From: Geosiphon pyriformis uo1
Taxonomy: Eukaryota; Fungi; Glomeromycota
Assembly (NCBI GenBank): GCA_016748015.1
Contig: JAAOMT010000512.1
Span: 1,150,719 to 1,214,718 of the forward strand
Direction: 5' to 3'
Length of the DNA: 64,000 nt
Positions 36,413 through 50,118 of the stretch are shown here, one piece after another. The first letter of the stretch is position 1; the number at the start of each line of letters is the position of its first letter. Made by a program: the position numbers and the translations under genes. The notes under the pieces were generated by a model. That model was given only the letters and a program-made list of their open reading frames with translations, had not been told where the DNA came from and ran no database searches.

Positions 36413-38686
36413 TTATTCATGGACTTCTTCGATCTCTCCTCCCATATCAAACTTCTGGAGACAAATATTGCTTCCATGTTCCAAATATTCGTTACGTGTC
36501 ACTGATTTTTCTTTGAACTCTGGAGTCCTTGCAAATTGGGTTCCCCCGTGCCATGCATATGCAAGAGGACTATTAAGAAAAGTAATAAATGTAAAATTTT
36601 TCTTGAAACATCAAAATAGAACATCCAAGAATAATCATACTCCTCTGGCATTCCAACCCGCACTTCATACTGTGAGGGAGCTAAAACGCGAAGATCTTTT
36701 TCGCTTTAAATAATAAGTTTGAGGTGTCAATTTGAACCAAGGGTTTACACATCAAGAGAATTCAGAAAGAAATTCTCTTACATGCGTTCCTTGTATCCTG
36801 AAAACAAGCAATTTCCTCCAATCAATACTATATTACCGTAGAATAAGCCATGTAAATCTTAATGATTTAAACGATTTGTGATTTTATTAAAGGATAGATT
36901 AAGATTTTTCAAATACTCGAAGTTTCAAGTAAAGGATTGAGAGATTTTACTTACCTGAATGAGTCGCGTTAATAGCTTCGACAATAGTTTCAGGTACTCC
37001 ACCTTGGGACATTCCTAATGATATATTAGATAAATACTCGAGTTCGCTGTGTTCTTACAAAATAGCTAAATAATATTTGAATACCGATATCGGAAGGATG
37101 AAAAAGTAATTCTGGTACAGTGAAACGTTCATTATTCATGTGTAAAGCTTGCTCTTCAAGCTGGCTATATTGCTTCACCGACTCCACATTACCACTTGCA
37201 GCAGAACCTCTTGACTTTTCAAAATAATTAAATTAAATAGACGGTTTTGATTTAAGACAAAGAATTCATCATGTAAAATATACTCGGATGTAGCCTTTCT
37301 TGTTCCTTGAAAAATCCGGCAGAACGTATTCCTGAAGAATTGAGTTGTTACGTGTCTTTTTTCTAAAAATGAAACATAAAAATCAATTTATGAATGCAGT
37401 GATAATTTATTTCTCAAACGTAAAATAATCTTTACCTACAAATTTCAAGGTCACCAAGAAAATCTTGCGATACATAGCAACAAGTCTCTTTCACTTCGTT
37501 CATTACGTAAGTTTGATCCATCATATCCCAGTATCTGTAACGAGAAAGTCGAATCCCAATGAACCCAAGGAACGATAATTATAAAGTCAAAACCAAAGGT
37601 ACTAAAAGGTAAACCTAAATGATACAATCTCTTTAAGGTGATTCGTTAAAAGTTTTCCCCCAATATTTATCCTTGATTATAGAAAAATTATGAGATTATA
37701 ATAGTAAAAATAAAAAACATAAAATTAGAATGTTGAGCAACCTTCTGATAGCCGGAAAAATCGGGCGCCCCATGACAAAAGGCACCACATGTGTAAACGA
37801 ATATCCTGAGTCTACAACTAGAACACAATCTGGTGGATCGGATGACTGTTCACTTTGAACACCATATAGACTTGAGATGTCGTTCTGTATACAAAACCAT
37901 GGGGCTATTAGAAAACAGAATCAATTAGTAATTAAATGTTTTTCAAAATGAAAAGCTATAGTAAAATGGGTGCAGTATATATTCTAACTGCAAATGCTGA
38001 TATTTGCTATTGATCAAAATAAAAGTGCAAGGCTTACCAATTGCTCGGCAACAAGAATAAAATTCGTACACCTCAAAAACCATTTCATCGTATGTCTTTT
38101 GAATATTGGGTAAATTGAAACAGGGTTCAGTCACCAATAGGCTTGTGATGGAGGGCTCGCACTAACAATGTAAATTAACTAATACTTTTATTATCGATTT
38201 CAAATTTTGGTATTTATTGAAGCATATTGGAAATACAGACGTCAAGGACTTCAGTTGAAAATATGCGGTCCCATACAGCCTTTTCCACCTCCCAGTTTGT
38301 AAGATACCCCTAGTCGAGAGATAAATGAAATACAACAGTTAGGATAAACCTGAAAGGCTTCAGGCAAAAATTGGTTTGGTATTTAAATTTTTGATTTATG
38401 AAACACAAACTTTTTCAAAAGGAAGTCTATACTGAAGGCCAGAATAATCTGCACAAGTATCTACCAAGTCAGCAACGAAACTTCGTTTATCACCTTTCCC
38501 GCGAGTTACTTTACAGTTGGGAAAAAGTCTTTAAATTTCAGAACAGGTAAAAGTGGTAATTCGACAACGCGTCATATATAAATACACTAGGAATGTTTAC
38601 TTCAAAGAGTCCGGAAACCCAGCATAACCCACTTTGATTGTGCTGGCTCCATTGTCGAGCACTAAAACTTTGTCTGCCATATTCAT
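36413..38686 (-). CDS. ARP6: Actin-related protein 6 (SWR1 complex)
   Basis: [19 protein letters not shown]|[108 protein letters not shown]; many short introns. Confidence 0.93.
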
Positions 38687-39021
38687 GAGTTTTGAAGGCT
38701 CTGAATTTTCAGAAATTTTTCTTTTCTCATGAATCAACAATCAATCACAAAACCTGATTTTGATTTAACTTATTTTGATGTCTATTCAGGCTCTTGATTT
38801 TTGGTGTGACAATCATTAGTAGCTAATAAAAATGCCGCTTGCATCTCACATAATTAATCAATTTGCTATGTGTATCGAAGTGGCGACAAATAACATAAAT
38901 AATCTTCATGTATAGAAATTCATTGATTTAAAGTTTCAACATGTTCAGGAGTCAGTACCCATCGAGAATACAGGGAGAATAGAACTCAGAATTTACACTT
39001 ACTTTTCACGATCATGAGGGA

Positions 39022-41154
39022 TTACATGCTGACGCTTATCAACACATTCTCTAGACCAGCCTCTTGTATGGTTTGATCGATCTTATCGATCAATTGTTGA
39101 CGGTTAAATACAAGCTGTAAAGAAACAATATTTTAACAAGTTGATTTGAGTGCATGACCAGTTCTGAAATGTCAATTGAACAAACCTCAAACGGCTGATC
39201 AGGTACAGATTCAGATTTTATATATTCGTACAAATATAGAACAGGATCTGATTTTCGAAACCGCCGTACTATCCTTGAACCATCTGGAGGATTATCAAAA
39301 AGATTAATAATTTCCAAAGGGGGAGTGAAAATGGGATTTATTTAAGCCGACCTGCAAGACGGAATTGTATTTTCGTAACAGCGGGTTCTTCTTGAGACGG
39401 TTCAGCTCTTTGAATAGGCTTAATAGTATTGAAAGTTTTTAGATCCGGAGATTCTTTTAATTTTGAAAGAAATTAAGCTTGTGCACTTCAAAAATTGTAA
39501 CTGGAGATCATGAAAAATACATATAAATTACCATGCTCCGACGGCACCTCGATAACCGATGGAGTTTCTTGAGTTTTATAATGCAGCGATTCTTGCATCG
39601 CCGCATTTATTTGTTCCTCTTCTGTCATATCTGATATATCCTGTTCCAAATAGGAGACAAGAATTTTCTGAGTTATAGGCGAAAACTTTTAGAAAAAATA
39701 TCATAATCACCTTTACAGCAGGTTTTTGAGGTTTTGGTTGGTGTGACAAGGAATATCTTTCCAAAAAATCAGTGACTACAATAATATATCCAAAATACAT
39801 ACAAAGTTTATTTCATTTAAAAGATGAACTATTTGGTATTATAAAATAAACCTACCAGCCATTATGAACTCGGTTGGTGACATTTGAATGCTCCAGACTT
39901 TTATTCGTTCTCCTGTGAATGATGATGGATAATTATGTAAATTACAAGTTCACAATTGATCACCCAACAAAGTTCCTAATTACAAACCAGTTCGGGGATC
40001 AATTATTGCGATATGTGGATAATTTTCAATAGGATAAAAAGACGTGTAACGTCGACCTTCCGGATGATCGTGATCAAACTATATCAAATTATGTTGTGAT
40101 TATGAATACCAAACTGGCGATACTCTTGTACTAAACAATTAATATAATACCGACTTGGAGAAAATAAAAATCAGCTCTAATCACATCCTTGACTGTGCTG
40201 TCGCTCCATAAGTCTCGATTTAGTACAAAACATGCAAATTCGGAAGAGTCTTGAATGTTCACCATAAGCCACCTGTTTTCATTTCGAGCTAGTAGACGCG
40301 CCTGATAAAAAAAATGTTTTATTATTTAATTTAAATTTATGATTTATATTAAAATTGAAAAACAACCTTTTCGAAGTCGCCTTTGTGCATAATATCAAGA
40401 GGAGGCCTGAACAAAGTGTCCAGACGGGAAGGTCTATTGGTATCGGAACCTACTTAAGAACGTAAGGATCAAGATAATAACGATCAAATCGAGGTGAAAA
40501 TATTGAATCCCATTACCTGATGCTACGTGAGCAGTTTCAGCACGAAAAGGTTCAGGTGGCGTTCTACCATGAACATGTTGCCCTAACACCTGATTTACAT
40601 TCCTTCTGCCTAAGTTGATTAAATCATGAGATTAAATTTATATGAGTTCATCAAAAAATGTATTTACAAAGACGCGTAAATTTGTTCATACTACGAAGCA
40701 GAGCTGCTATAATTTCTTCATCAGGTTCTGGTTCTCCAACTAGAACTTCACGTCTTGGGGCGATTGGAGGACGAACAGAGTCTGAGGCTCGAATTTGGTC
40801 GTCTTCTTGAGCTAGTAGTCTCGCAAATTCAGCATCACTATCAATCGCAGCATTAGGAGCCTCGTCAAAAGGATTTATTCTTGCTGACGTTTTCTCGGGA
40901 GATATTGACTGGGAACTCATAGGTGTTAAATCAACACCTCCACTTTCAAGGAACAACGTAATTGCCTGTTCGACAACGCCATCGGACACCTTTGCAAGTG
41001 GAATCAAGGTGAAAGTCTAGTGAGTTGAAAGCTTTAAAAAAACCAAGCGAAAATTATAAGTAAATACCGCTAAATAGGTAAGAGCAACTGATGGGTCAGC
41101 ATTTGTAACGCTACAAAATTGAATAATAGCAGCTTCGTCAACTTGTTCAGCCAT
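39022..41154 (-). CDS. UBX-domain Cdc48/p97 cofactor, UBXN7/Ubx5-like (UBA-like, UAS, UIM-like, UBX)
   Basis: N-terminal IIQFCSVT...EQAITLFLE; VRPPIAPRREVL; RLDTLFRPPLDIMHKGDFEK; WLMVNIQDSSEFACFVLNRDLWS; YPIENYPHIAIIDPRTG; EEEQINAAMQES; TKIQFRL|DGSRIVRRF. Confidence 0.92.
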
Positions 41155-41469
41155 AATAAGTTTAAAAGTTTTACTATTTATTTTATTTTGCTCAACTGAA
41201 GTTTTCGCGAAGACGAGATTTGTTTTCGGATCTACTTTTTATAATTATGAAAAACGTCATCTAATGACGCAATCCAATAAGGAATCGAATTTCAAGCCCG
41301 TTTAGCTTTGTAATGAATACGATCAAGTAATTTATATGAAAATGATATTGATTGGAGGCAATCGTTTGAATCACGAGGAGATTTAAGAAGCTAGCAATAT
41401 TTGACAAGATTAAAAATAATAATTAAAACAATCAATTTCTGTTTATAATAATCATACTTTGACCGTTTA

Positions 41470-41660
41470 AAAGTTAAGATACCAATTCTTTAAAATCAAT
41501 TAGAAATCATGTCATTTGGATAATATTATAGTTCTATAATAACTTAATAATTTTAAAAAATTAATTTAAATATATAATATTTACCTTGTATTAAACTATA
41601 ACGGTATACCCTAAGAAATCACCGGTTAAATCAATTCCACCATCACCCGGTTCTTGTCTA
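41470..41660 (-). pseudogene. Mrr-like PD-(D/E)xK nuclease fragment
   Basis: 41660-41585 reads RQEPGDGGIDLTGDFLGYTVIV*YK, i.e. GDGGID...VQCK with CAA>TAA and TGC>TAC. It is followed by a GTAA donor and a candidate next exon starting NY. Confidence 0.7.
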
Positions 41661-42964
41661 TTTGATATGAGAAAAGAAGTTTCAGTACTTGTCTTCAACA
41701 TTGTCAAGATAAATGTCCTTGAGCGAATCATAGCAACATTATTATATATCCTATTCACCAAAGGGCCACCAAGCTAATGGTGCGTCTTTTAAAAACGGTA
41801 ACTTTTCGAAAACGTTCACAGCAAGCCGTCCACCGTACACCAGATCTGGATACCTGACTGATAACTTTCACAAGCTTTGGTCATGATGTGCTTTCAATTC
41901 TCCGATTCTACATCTAGTGACAGCGTAACTTCAGAACCATAAAAACTCCACAAATAACTCAGTGAAAAGCTACATAATTCAATGTCGAAAAATTTTTGAG
42001 ATTTCTTTTTCAAATTGGTCTCCTTTTTCGTAAAAATTGATTATTGTTATTAATATTCGTTTGTCATTGGTAAAAAATGTTTGTCAGTGAATGACAGGGA
42101 TTTGTGAGCGAAGTTTGTTTCCTGTATGCATAAAAAGAAAGATTAATTCCTTTAATGATATTGGAATCAAAGGTCTTTACTTATAAAAAGTAGGTTGTCC
42201 TCAGCTCGTTATAAATATCTCTCATGAAAAACTCAGAAGTCTAACATACGATTTCTTTCAAGTATTTCATCTTTGGATCAAAGAAGCAAAAGAAAAATAA
42301 TAATTAAATTACCTGAAGCTTTAAAATATTTTTTTCTTAAACTTGTTAATGTTATAACCAAAAACTTTCTAATATGAACATGCATCCTTAAAAGAGCCTG
42401 CTGAAAAAGCGAAAAAATTGACAGCTTATTTAATAATGAGTCATCAGTTTCCTGACCCTGCATAAAGTGCTTTATCTCGCGTATCATATATTTCCCCAAT
42501 TAAGGCAACAGAAAAGATAATCTAACAAAGCCCTAAATTAGACAAGGGTTTGATGATCTTCAGGAAAAATCATAATATGCACATATGACTTGATTGTTAA
42601 GAAGTTTCAACTTTTCCTTTGCTAAATTAACGCTTAATTCAAAAAACAATGATGGCGATTACACACCAAAATAGGATTTGATCGCAATAGTATGGTATTA
42701 GTGGCGCAATGACCAGTAAAACTCGCGCAGTCATTGTTGTAACACGAATTTTGAATTCCGATAAAATCTCACGTTTTGTGAACTCCGTGAACTTGCAGCA
42801 ACTTGCTCATCATTACAAAGCTTCTGATCATTTTAAAATAATATCCTTCACTTGTCTTATGACCAGCTGTACGAAATTCTATTTATTCCTATCAATGTAG
42901 CTTTGTTTCTTCAACTGCGTCACTTTTTTAATCTTTTTACGCCCGGTCAACCTTCACCTCAACC

Positions 42965-45900
42965 ATGTTTTCAAATAATACTTCCAGCAACAGATCGTAC
43001 GAACAGGGGGACTCGAAAGAGCCACCTTCAGTCGGTAACTACTTTGTTGGTGTCGAAATTGGACGCGGCTCTTTCGCGACCGTATATAAAGGACACCACA
43101 AGGTAGGGGAATTTAGGACCTTTTCAAAATGACAGTCTTCCTTCAAAATTTCACTTAGTATGTGAACGGCTGTTGCCTACCAAAACGTTGTGTTAAAAGT
43201 TTCGCCTTATGACACAGAATACATAACTCAACAAACATCCTCACTATAAGAATTTTTCCTAATATTTTCAGAAAACGCACGCTGTAGTCGCCATCAAGTC
43301 TGTATCAAGATCAAAACTAACTAAAAAATTACTGGAAAATTTGGAGTCAGAAATCACTATCCTTAAAGGAATACGGCACAATCACATTGTGCAGTTGGTT
43401 GACTGTCAGGTATATTCCTTTATTTATTCCTCTCATTTCCTTTTGAAACAGTATATCTTAATAAAATTTAAATCTTTATCTTCAATCAGAAATCAGATAC
43501 ACATATTCATTTAATAATGGAATATTGTTCTTTGGGTGACTTGTCGAATTACATAAAACGACGTGGGGACTTAAAGGGCGCCAATATTACCGGTATTTCT
43601 GTGGCCCCTTCACGCGCACCTCCTAGTGGTCTCAGTGAATACGTTGTATTCCATTTTCTTAAACAATTAGGTATGTTTCATTCTCTTCGCTCGTTGTTTT
43701 TCTTAAATTTTAGGCTGATGTAATGTATGAAGCGCGCATCACAGCTTGTCGCATGAATCAATTGGGTTCATCTATGCTTGGTTTGATTTGTTAGAAAGAC
43801 TGGAACATTATTTCAATTTCAAAAATGGTTGACGACAAAAGTTATTGTAATTTCTGACAGCAAACGCTTTGGAGTTTCTGAGATCACAAAACTTAATACA
43901 TCGTGATATTAAACCTCAGGTCAGCTTCTTTTGCTTATGCCTGCCCTCATTAATAGGCTATTTTCACTGAAATTCCAATTATTTTTAGAACCTTTTGTTA
44001 CTGCCACCTCCTACTGAAAAAGAAAAAGTTTCTTGGTGTGGATCTCCTGATCTTCCTATATTGAAAATAGCAGATTTCGGTTTCGCGCGTTTATTGCCTG
44101 CTACCAGTTTAGCAGAGACATTATGTGGTTCTCCACTTTATATGGCACCTGAAATATTACGATATGAAAAATATGATGCAAAGGCAGATTTATGGAGTGT
44201 TGGTGCAGTATTATATGAGATGATCGTTGGGAAGCCTCCATTTCGAGCACAAAATCATGTTGAATTACTTGGCAAAATTGAAAAAAGAGGTGATAGAATA
44301 AAATTTCCGGGAGATTCTTTTGGGGTTGTTCAATCTGGGAATCCACAAGTTGCAACTGAAAAACTATCATTGAACACTAAATCAACACCGAATATCTCTG
44401 GTCAAACTTTCATAAGTGATGAAATAAAAGACCTAATAAGACAATTGTTGAAAAAAAATCCAGTTGAACGAATATCTTTTGAGGAATTTTTCATGAATCC
44501 TTGCGTCGCTGGTGAGCTGCAGCCTCAATCACCTATCATCAGCTCAAAGGCAAAGTCATCCTATGATCAAAAAAGCAAATCCAAAAATTCGATACGAGTA
44601 AATAATTCCAATCATGATTTTGATCATACAAATCAGTATTCTAAGGAAAGATCAATATCTTCACCGGTCGCCCCTCTGAACCCTCAAGATGGGGCAATCG
44701 GTAAGAATCTTCAAACGAAGACATGCCAAACTCAATCAAAAACAAACGGTCTGCGTAAAGACATTGAAGGCTTATTGCCAAAAGGGATAGGAAACGCAAC
44801 AGAGCTTTCACCCGCTCCGCAAAGAAAGAATTCCAAAGAAATTGAAAAACCGCGGCAATTATACCAACGGTAATCCAAATGGTTCTAGAATATTCAATTT
44901 ACATGATGAAATTCTTACGCAGTATTTTTTTTAAAGGTCCTCGCGGTACCCCCTCAGTACAGGTAACCCTGGTCTGGGCCTGCACTCCTCGTATGAGAAA
45001 TACGTTGAATCGAAGGGTCAGGATATTAATTTTTTGAATGCACCCGAATCAGGGTTTTATTATGATGGGAATTCCCCATCATCTTCTCTAATGGTGCAAA
45101 AACTAGAAAAGGACAGTCTTGCATCGAAAAAACGTCACACCTACAATGGTGTTGGTCCCATTGATGGAAATCTTTTGAGACTGAATTCTGAAGAGGAGGA
45201 AGTGCTCCTTGCTAGGGAATATGTCGTAGTAGAAGAGAAAAGTACAATAGAAATAAACGCATTAGCAGATGGTAAGTTTACAAAGGCTTTAGACTTCTAT
45301 CCTAAGCATAGACAGGGATGGAGCCAGCCCATTTTTTGTCTTTTCTGGTAAATTAATATTAATCTTCACAAGAAATTGCTATTGCGGCTGAAATAGTAAT
45401 AAGAAATATCACGAAACACGGTAATCTGCAAATCGGATCTTCCTCACCTGTAAATAACGATGCCCCATATCGTCGACAATCACCAATACCTGATCCTTCG
45501 GCAACTTATTTTTATTCGACAACTCCACCTTTCGCCCTACCGGTTCCTAGCCACGCGAGGAGCCAATCTACTCGTAGTAATGGTAGTGCCACTTCAGCTT
45601 TGGCAAGAGCATTATCCATTACTTCAGAACGTTTATTTGGGACTGGTAATTCCCCTCCTCACGGGAATGATAAGTCTTCTAAGGCAAAAGGGAATGCTAT
45701 CGGTTCAAGTGGAAGTTCTCCAAATAATCCCAAAGAGGTAGGGCTGTGAGAACACATGAAGTGAATTTTGGTTTTATTGAGAACAAGAATTCAAATTATC
45801 GAATATTCATAGGAAGCTGTGATAAAGAATATCGAAGATGCTGCACGTAAAGCATGTGTTGTCTATGAGTTTGCCGACAATAAATTTTATCGATTATTGC

Positions 45901-46722
45901 CACCTCCACCCACCGCTAGCAATGATTTGGATGTTATCCCTTTATCAGAGGAAGCAGCCCTTGTTCTGGCCGAGGAAGCTTTAGTTCTGTATGTCAAGGC
46001 CCTTTCTCTCTTGAAAGCAGCAATGGATAGTGCTAATCAATACTGGCATGGAAACAACGCTCAGCAAAACGATTACCCAGGCATGAAGGTTGCTTCCCCC
46101 AAACTTAACGATGGTATGGAAAAATCGTTTCAATATTTGAGATTGAATATTTTTTTAAATTTTCTTATCAATATACTTTACAGTCGTACAATGGGTTCGA
46201 AGCCGGTACAATGAATGCTTAGAAAGGGCCGAGTATGCCAAATCTAGATGTCATTCAGAGGATTTTGGTATAGGGGCTGTTGCGGAAAAATTACTTTATG
46301 ATCGTGCTCTTGAAATGGTAAAATTTCAAACTTTATATCTTTCATGTGTAAAACCATTTTAATTATTTCCATGTTATAAAGAGTCGCCAAGCAGCTCTAA
46401 ATGAGCTTGTGAGCGAGGATTTACCAGGATGTGAGCGTTCTTATAAAAGCGCCATAGATATGCTCAATGCCGTTTTAGATAACGCACAGGAAGATGATGA
46501 TAATATGGACGAAGATGATCGACGTATAGTAAATAAATGTACGATTTCCTTTTAATTTATAATTCTCATGCGAAATTTGATTCCTTACTATTGTTTACAC
46601 ATTTTTTATTGCTAGTCATAATATCTATAAACAATCGTCTTAATTCGCTGCAAAAGAAGTGGACACAGAGTGAAGCGGCAGCGGTAACGACTACTGCCGG
46701 TTCTCAAGGAAGTCCTGGATAG
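42965..46722 (+). CDS. ATG1: Autophagy Ser/Thr kinase Atg1/ULK
   Basis: [47 protein letters not shown]|[51 protein letters not shown] (AIM-like), and C-terminal tandem MIT region ([26 protein letters not shown]). Confidence 0.97.
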
Positions 46723-47222
46723 CACTCTTTGCCTTCTTCAATTGACTGAAGGGAAATAATCTAATCATGACCGCTCAGAACTACGAACGGAGAATGGCTT
46801 TGAAACAAACAATTTCATATTTGGCTCCATCTTTAAAGACATTTAATGATTGATCTGGTGGACCATTAAATTTATCGGTCTCGAGTTTCGGAAATTTGTA
46901 TTTATAAAGGGTGGCCATTGACTTATAATTAATAGTCAGCAAATATCGCCACCTATGTATAGATTATAAATCGCTCCTTAAGCATGTTGTATAAACATGT
47001 AATCTATGTTATTCAATTTGTTCAAGCTAAGGCCAAGATACCCATCGTACGGAGATTGGTTCGATGGAGTTATAATTAATAAGAAATCTGAGATCTTAAA
47101 TATTTATCAACACCACGTCAATCCCCAGAATTCCAAATATTTAATTGATCGATTTCAAAATTCGACAAATTCTTCACCTAAAATATCCGTGACAAGTTGG
47201 AATGATTATTTCCTACTTTGAT

Positions 47223-48700
47223 TTAAAACTGATCTGCTATGGATTTGAGATTTTGAAATTTATGCGGATCAAACGCGTTAAGTAAGTATTCGTCACTATA
47301 GAATGCTCTAGAAAATGTTCGAAGGTTGTTGGTATTTTATATCGTTCAGACACAAAAAATCAAATCCAATCTTTACCTTCCCATATGGATATTGATAATT
47401 TGATGTTCCATAACCGAGCGTACTAATCTGCTAGCTGATACATGTAGTTCTGTCAGTTTAACCTCAGAAAGTATTCGCTTGATATTACTTTCTCGGATGC
47501 CTGTGAGATAAATATGAGATATTTGAAAAGAAATTGATCTCATTTTGAAACGCTAAATCTTTAGTTACCTCCCCCAGGCAAAATTATTATTCGGCCCTTG
47601 GCATGTTTCACCAAGGATTCGATCATCTCAAGTCCTTCCAATACCGTGTCGTTTTGGCCACTAATAAATCAATCATTCCCACCTTAGAAAAAATAAGTGT
47701 CCAATATGTAGTTTTGGAAATATACCTTGTTAAGATTCGTTGGATTCCTCCAATTGAGATAATCTCTTCAAGACTTTTTAAAGGATCTTTAGTCAGATCG
47801 AACGCTCTATGGAAAGTAACTTCACAAGAGACCAAAAGTTTTTTATATGTATAATTTCTGATCTGATATTAGAACTTGAATAAATCGATTAAGGCTGTTT
47901 ACCTTGCATGGGTTGTGCTAGTTTGACAAGTCTTGTTATTATGAGTCAATTGGAAAAAGTAGCGTATAGAATTCAATAAATTATAGCAGGAAAAATGAAA
48001 ATGAAATGTTACTTGGAAACTCGTTCAGCATCAACACTCCCATCTTGCCGAAGAATTCCAAAAACTACACCATCTGCCCCCAAATTTTTCGCATGCTGGA
48101 TATCCAAGCACATTACTTCAAATTCATAATTGGTATAACAAAAGTCACCACCTCTGGGAACCATTTTGATTAGTTAAAGTGAGATTTCAATTTTTCCTAA
48201 TCATTCAATAAAAGAAATGGTAACCTTGGTCTAATCATCACCTTTTAATTGAAGAATGCGTAAAATTTTTTAATATATTAAAACCTTTGTGCAAATCAAG
48301 AGGCTGTCAAAAAGCTCAGGCCTACCATGATTGGTATTTGAACATATTTTCGAGCAGTTGTAATCATTCCTAAAGAAATTTATCCTGTTTCAAAATTAAT
48401 AGTTAAATTAAAATTGGAAATTTAATCCCTTGTTTTACCAGAACTCGGAGTAGTTCCACCCTCTATCAAATTATCACATAACTCGATTCGTGCTGCCCCT
48501 GATTTTTCTATAGAGAAGATCCGTCATTTTCTCGTAGAATTGAAGAAAATTTAAAAAATAAGGTCCTACCCGCATTAATGGCCGATAAAACAGAATCTAC
48601 GCAAATCTGATGAAATATAATTTAATAAGAAATACTTACAGATATAATTTTTGAAATGACCTTAAAATCTTACTTCGAATAAAGGAGGAAGGTTTGCCAT
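47223..48700 (-). CDS. CUTC: Copper homeostasis protein CutC homologue
   Basis: LFE|ICVDSV, GAARIELCDNLIEGGTTPS, VMIRP|RGGDFCY, GADGVVFGIL, VTFHRAFD, RILT|SG, ILPGG|GI, ELHVS; more than ten short exons. Confidence 0.95.
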
Positions 48701-48856
48701 TTGTGGGAATTGATGACTTTGTTTATCGATGCTTTTTTGCTCAGGATTCGGAATTTCTGTCAAGTGATCGATTGGCAAATGCTGATTGGTTCCGTTTTTA
48801 AAGGCAAACCTATGAATCAGCGAAATTATTTCATGCCACAAAATTTGTTGTCCAAA
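48701..48856. promoter_or_regulatory. Very short bidirectional promoter between CutC and heme lyase, with two CCAAT boxes
   Basis: 156 bp between the two ATGs (48700 and 48857); ATTGG at 48771 and 48786. Confidence 0.6.
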
Positions 48857-49895
48857 ATGGCAAACTCTTCGGGGACTTCGACCACCCCAACTTGCCCAGT
48901 TGATCCTACCTCCCGGTCATTTCTTCCTCAAAAAGACAACTTGGCACATCCAAATTCTGGCAGCGAGTCAATTGCTTTAAACTCTTCATCCTCACCTCAA
49001 CAAACTTCTTTTCCCGCCACCTCTTGTCCTGTTGATCACACTTCTCTTCCCACTAATCCCTTTGCTGGCACGGTTACAGAGTCTCAAAAGACTAAATCCA
49101 AAGAAGAAGGCTGTAAAAGTGAATCGATCATAGACCCTTCAAATCTTATGCCCATAACTCAGCACCAAACACCGCTACCCGGGCAACGGCTCTCTTTAGA
49201 CACCACCCGTGAAACATCTAGCATTCCACGTGGAATAACCGATGATAAACAATTTAGTCAATCCAATGTGAAGGAACAACTTTGGATTTACCCTTCCGAA
49301 CAAATGTTTTTCAATGCAATGAAAAGAAAGAACTGGCAACCCCAGGAAGAGGACATGGCTGTGATAGTTCCGATTCACAATGCAGTTAATGAAAAGGCTT
49401 GGCGCGAAATATTAGAATGGGAGAAGATGCATGCAGATGGAAAGTATGTTAGAAAACTCTTTTTAGCTCTATTACAAATTCTGGATAAATTAATTAAGTA
49501 AAAAATTCTAAATAGCAAGTGCGGTGGGCCGAAACTAGTAAGATTTGAAGGTCGCGCAATGGCTCTCACCCCCAAAGCTAGAATCCTTAATTGGCTTGGG
49601 TAAGATGTAGCTCTTTTTCTAGAGGACTTTTATGTCTTTCCATCTTTACCTGAAGTTTTTTCCTTCATAATTCAACAGATATAAATTGCCCTTCGATCGC
49701 CATGACTGGACAGTGGATCGATGTGGTAAACAGATCACTTATGTTATCGATTTCTACTCTGGACAACCAGACCCAAAACAACCACAAAGCATCAGCTTTT
49801 ACCTAGATGTTCGTCCAGCTTTGACCTTGGAAGGTGCCACAGATCGATTACGAAGATATATCCTTTCTCTCACACATAAATTTATGCGTTCTTAG
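48857..49895 (+). CDS. CYT2: Holocytochrome c-type synthase (heme lyase), most like cytochrome c1 heme lyase
   Basis: Two CPVD heme-regulatory motifs; [75 protein letters not shown]. An in-frame upstream ATG (48812) is an alternative start. Confidence 0.9.
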
Positions 49896-50118
49896 TATGA
49901 AAATAAAATCAGGTTGGCATACATCTTTTATACTATGAAAAGTCTTTAATCCTCTCAATTTTTATTATAATAATAATCCAACTAAACCTTGGAGAGTTAT
50001 TTTTTATACAGTGTATAATTCAGTCTATTTAATCCGATCTCCGATATTTTCCAATTTTTTATGCGATGATAGTAAACCAATCTTAATGGGAATCCAAATT
50101 TATGGCGTCTATTCTTAA

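Noticed and set aside
27519-48700. Possible copper gene cluster (multicopper oxidase plus CutC)
   Set aside because: About 18 kb apart with unrelated genes in between; probably coincidence.
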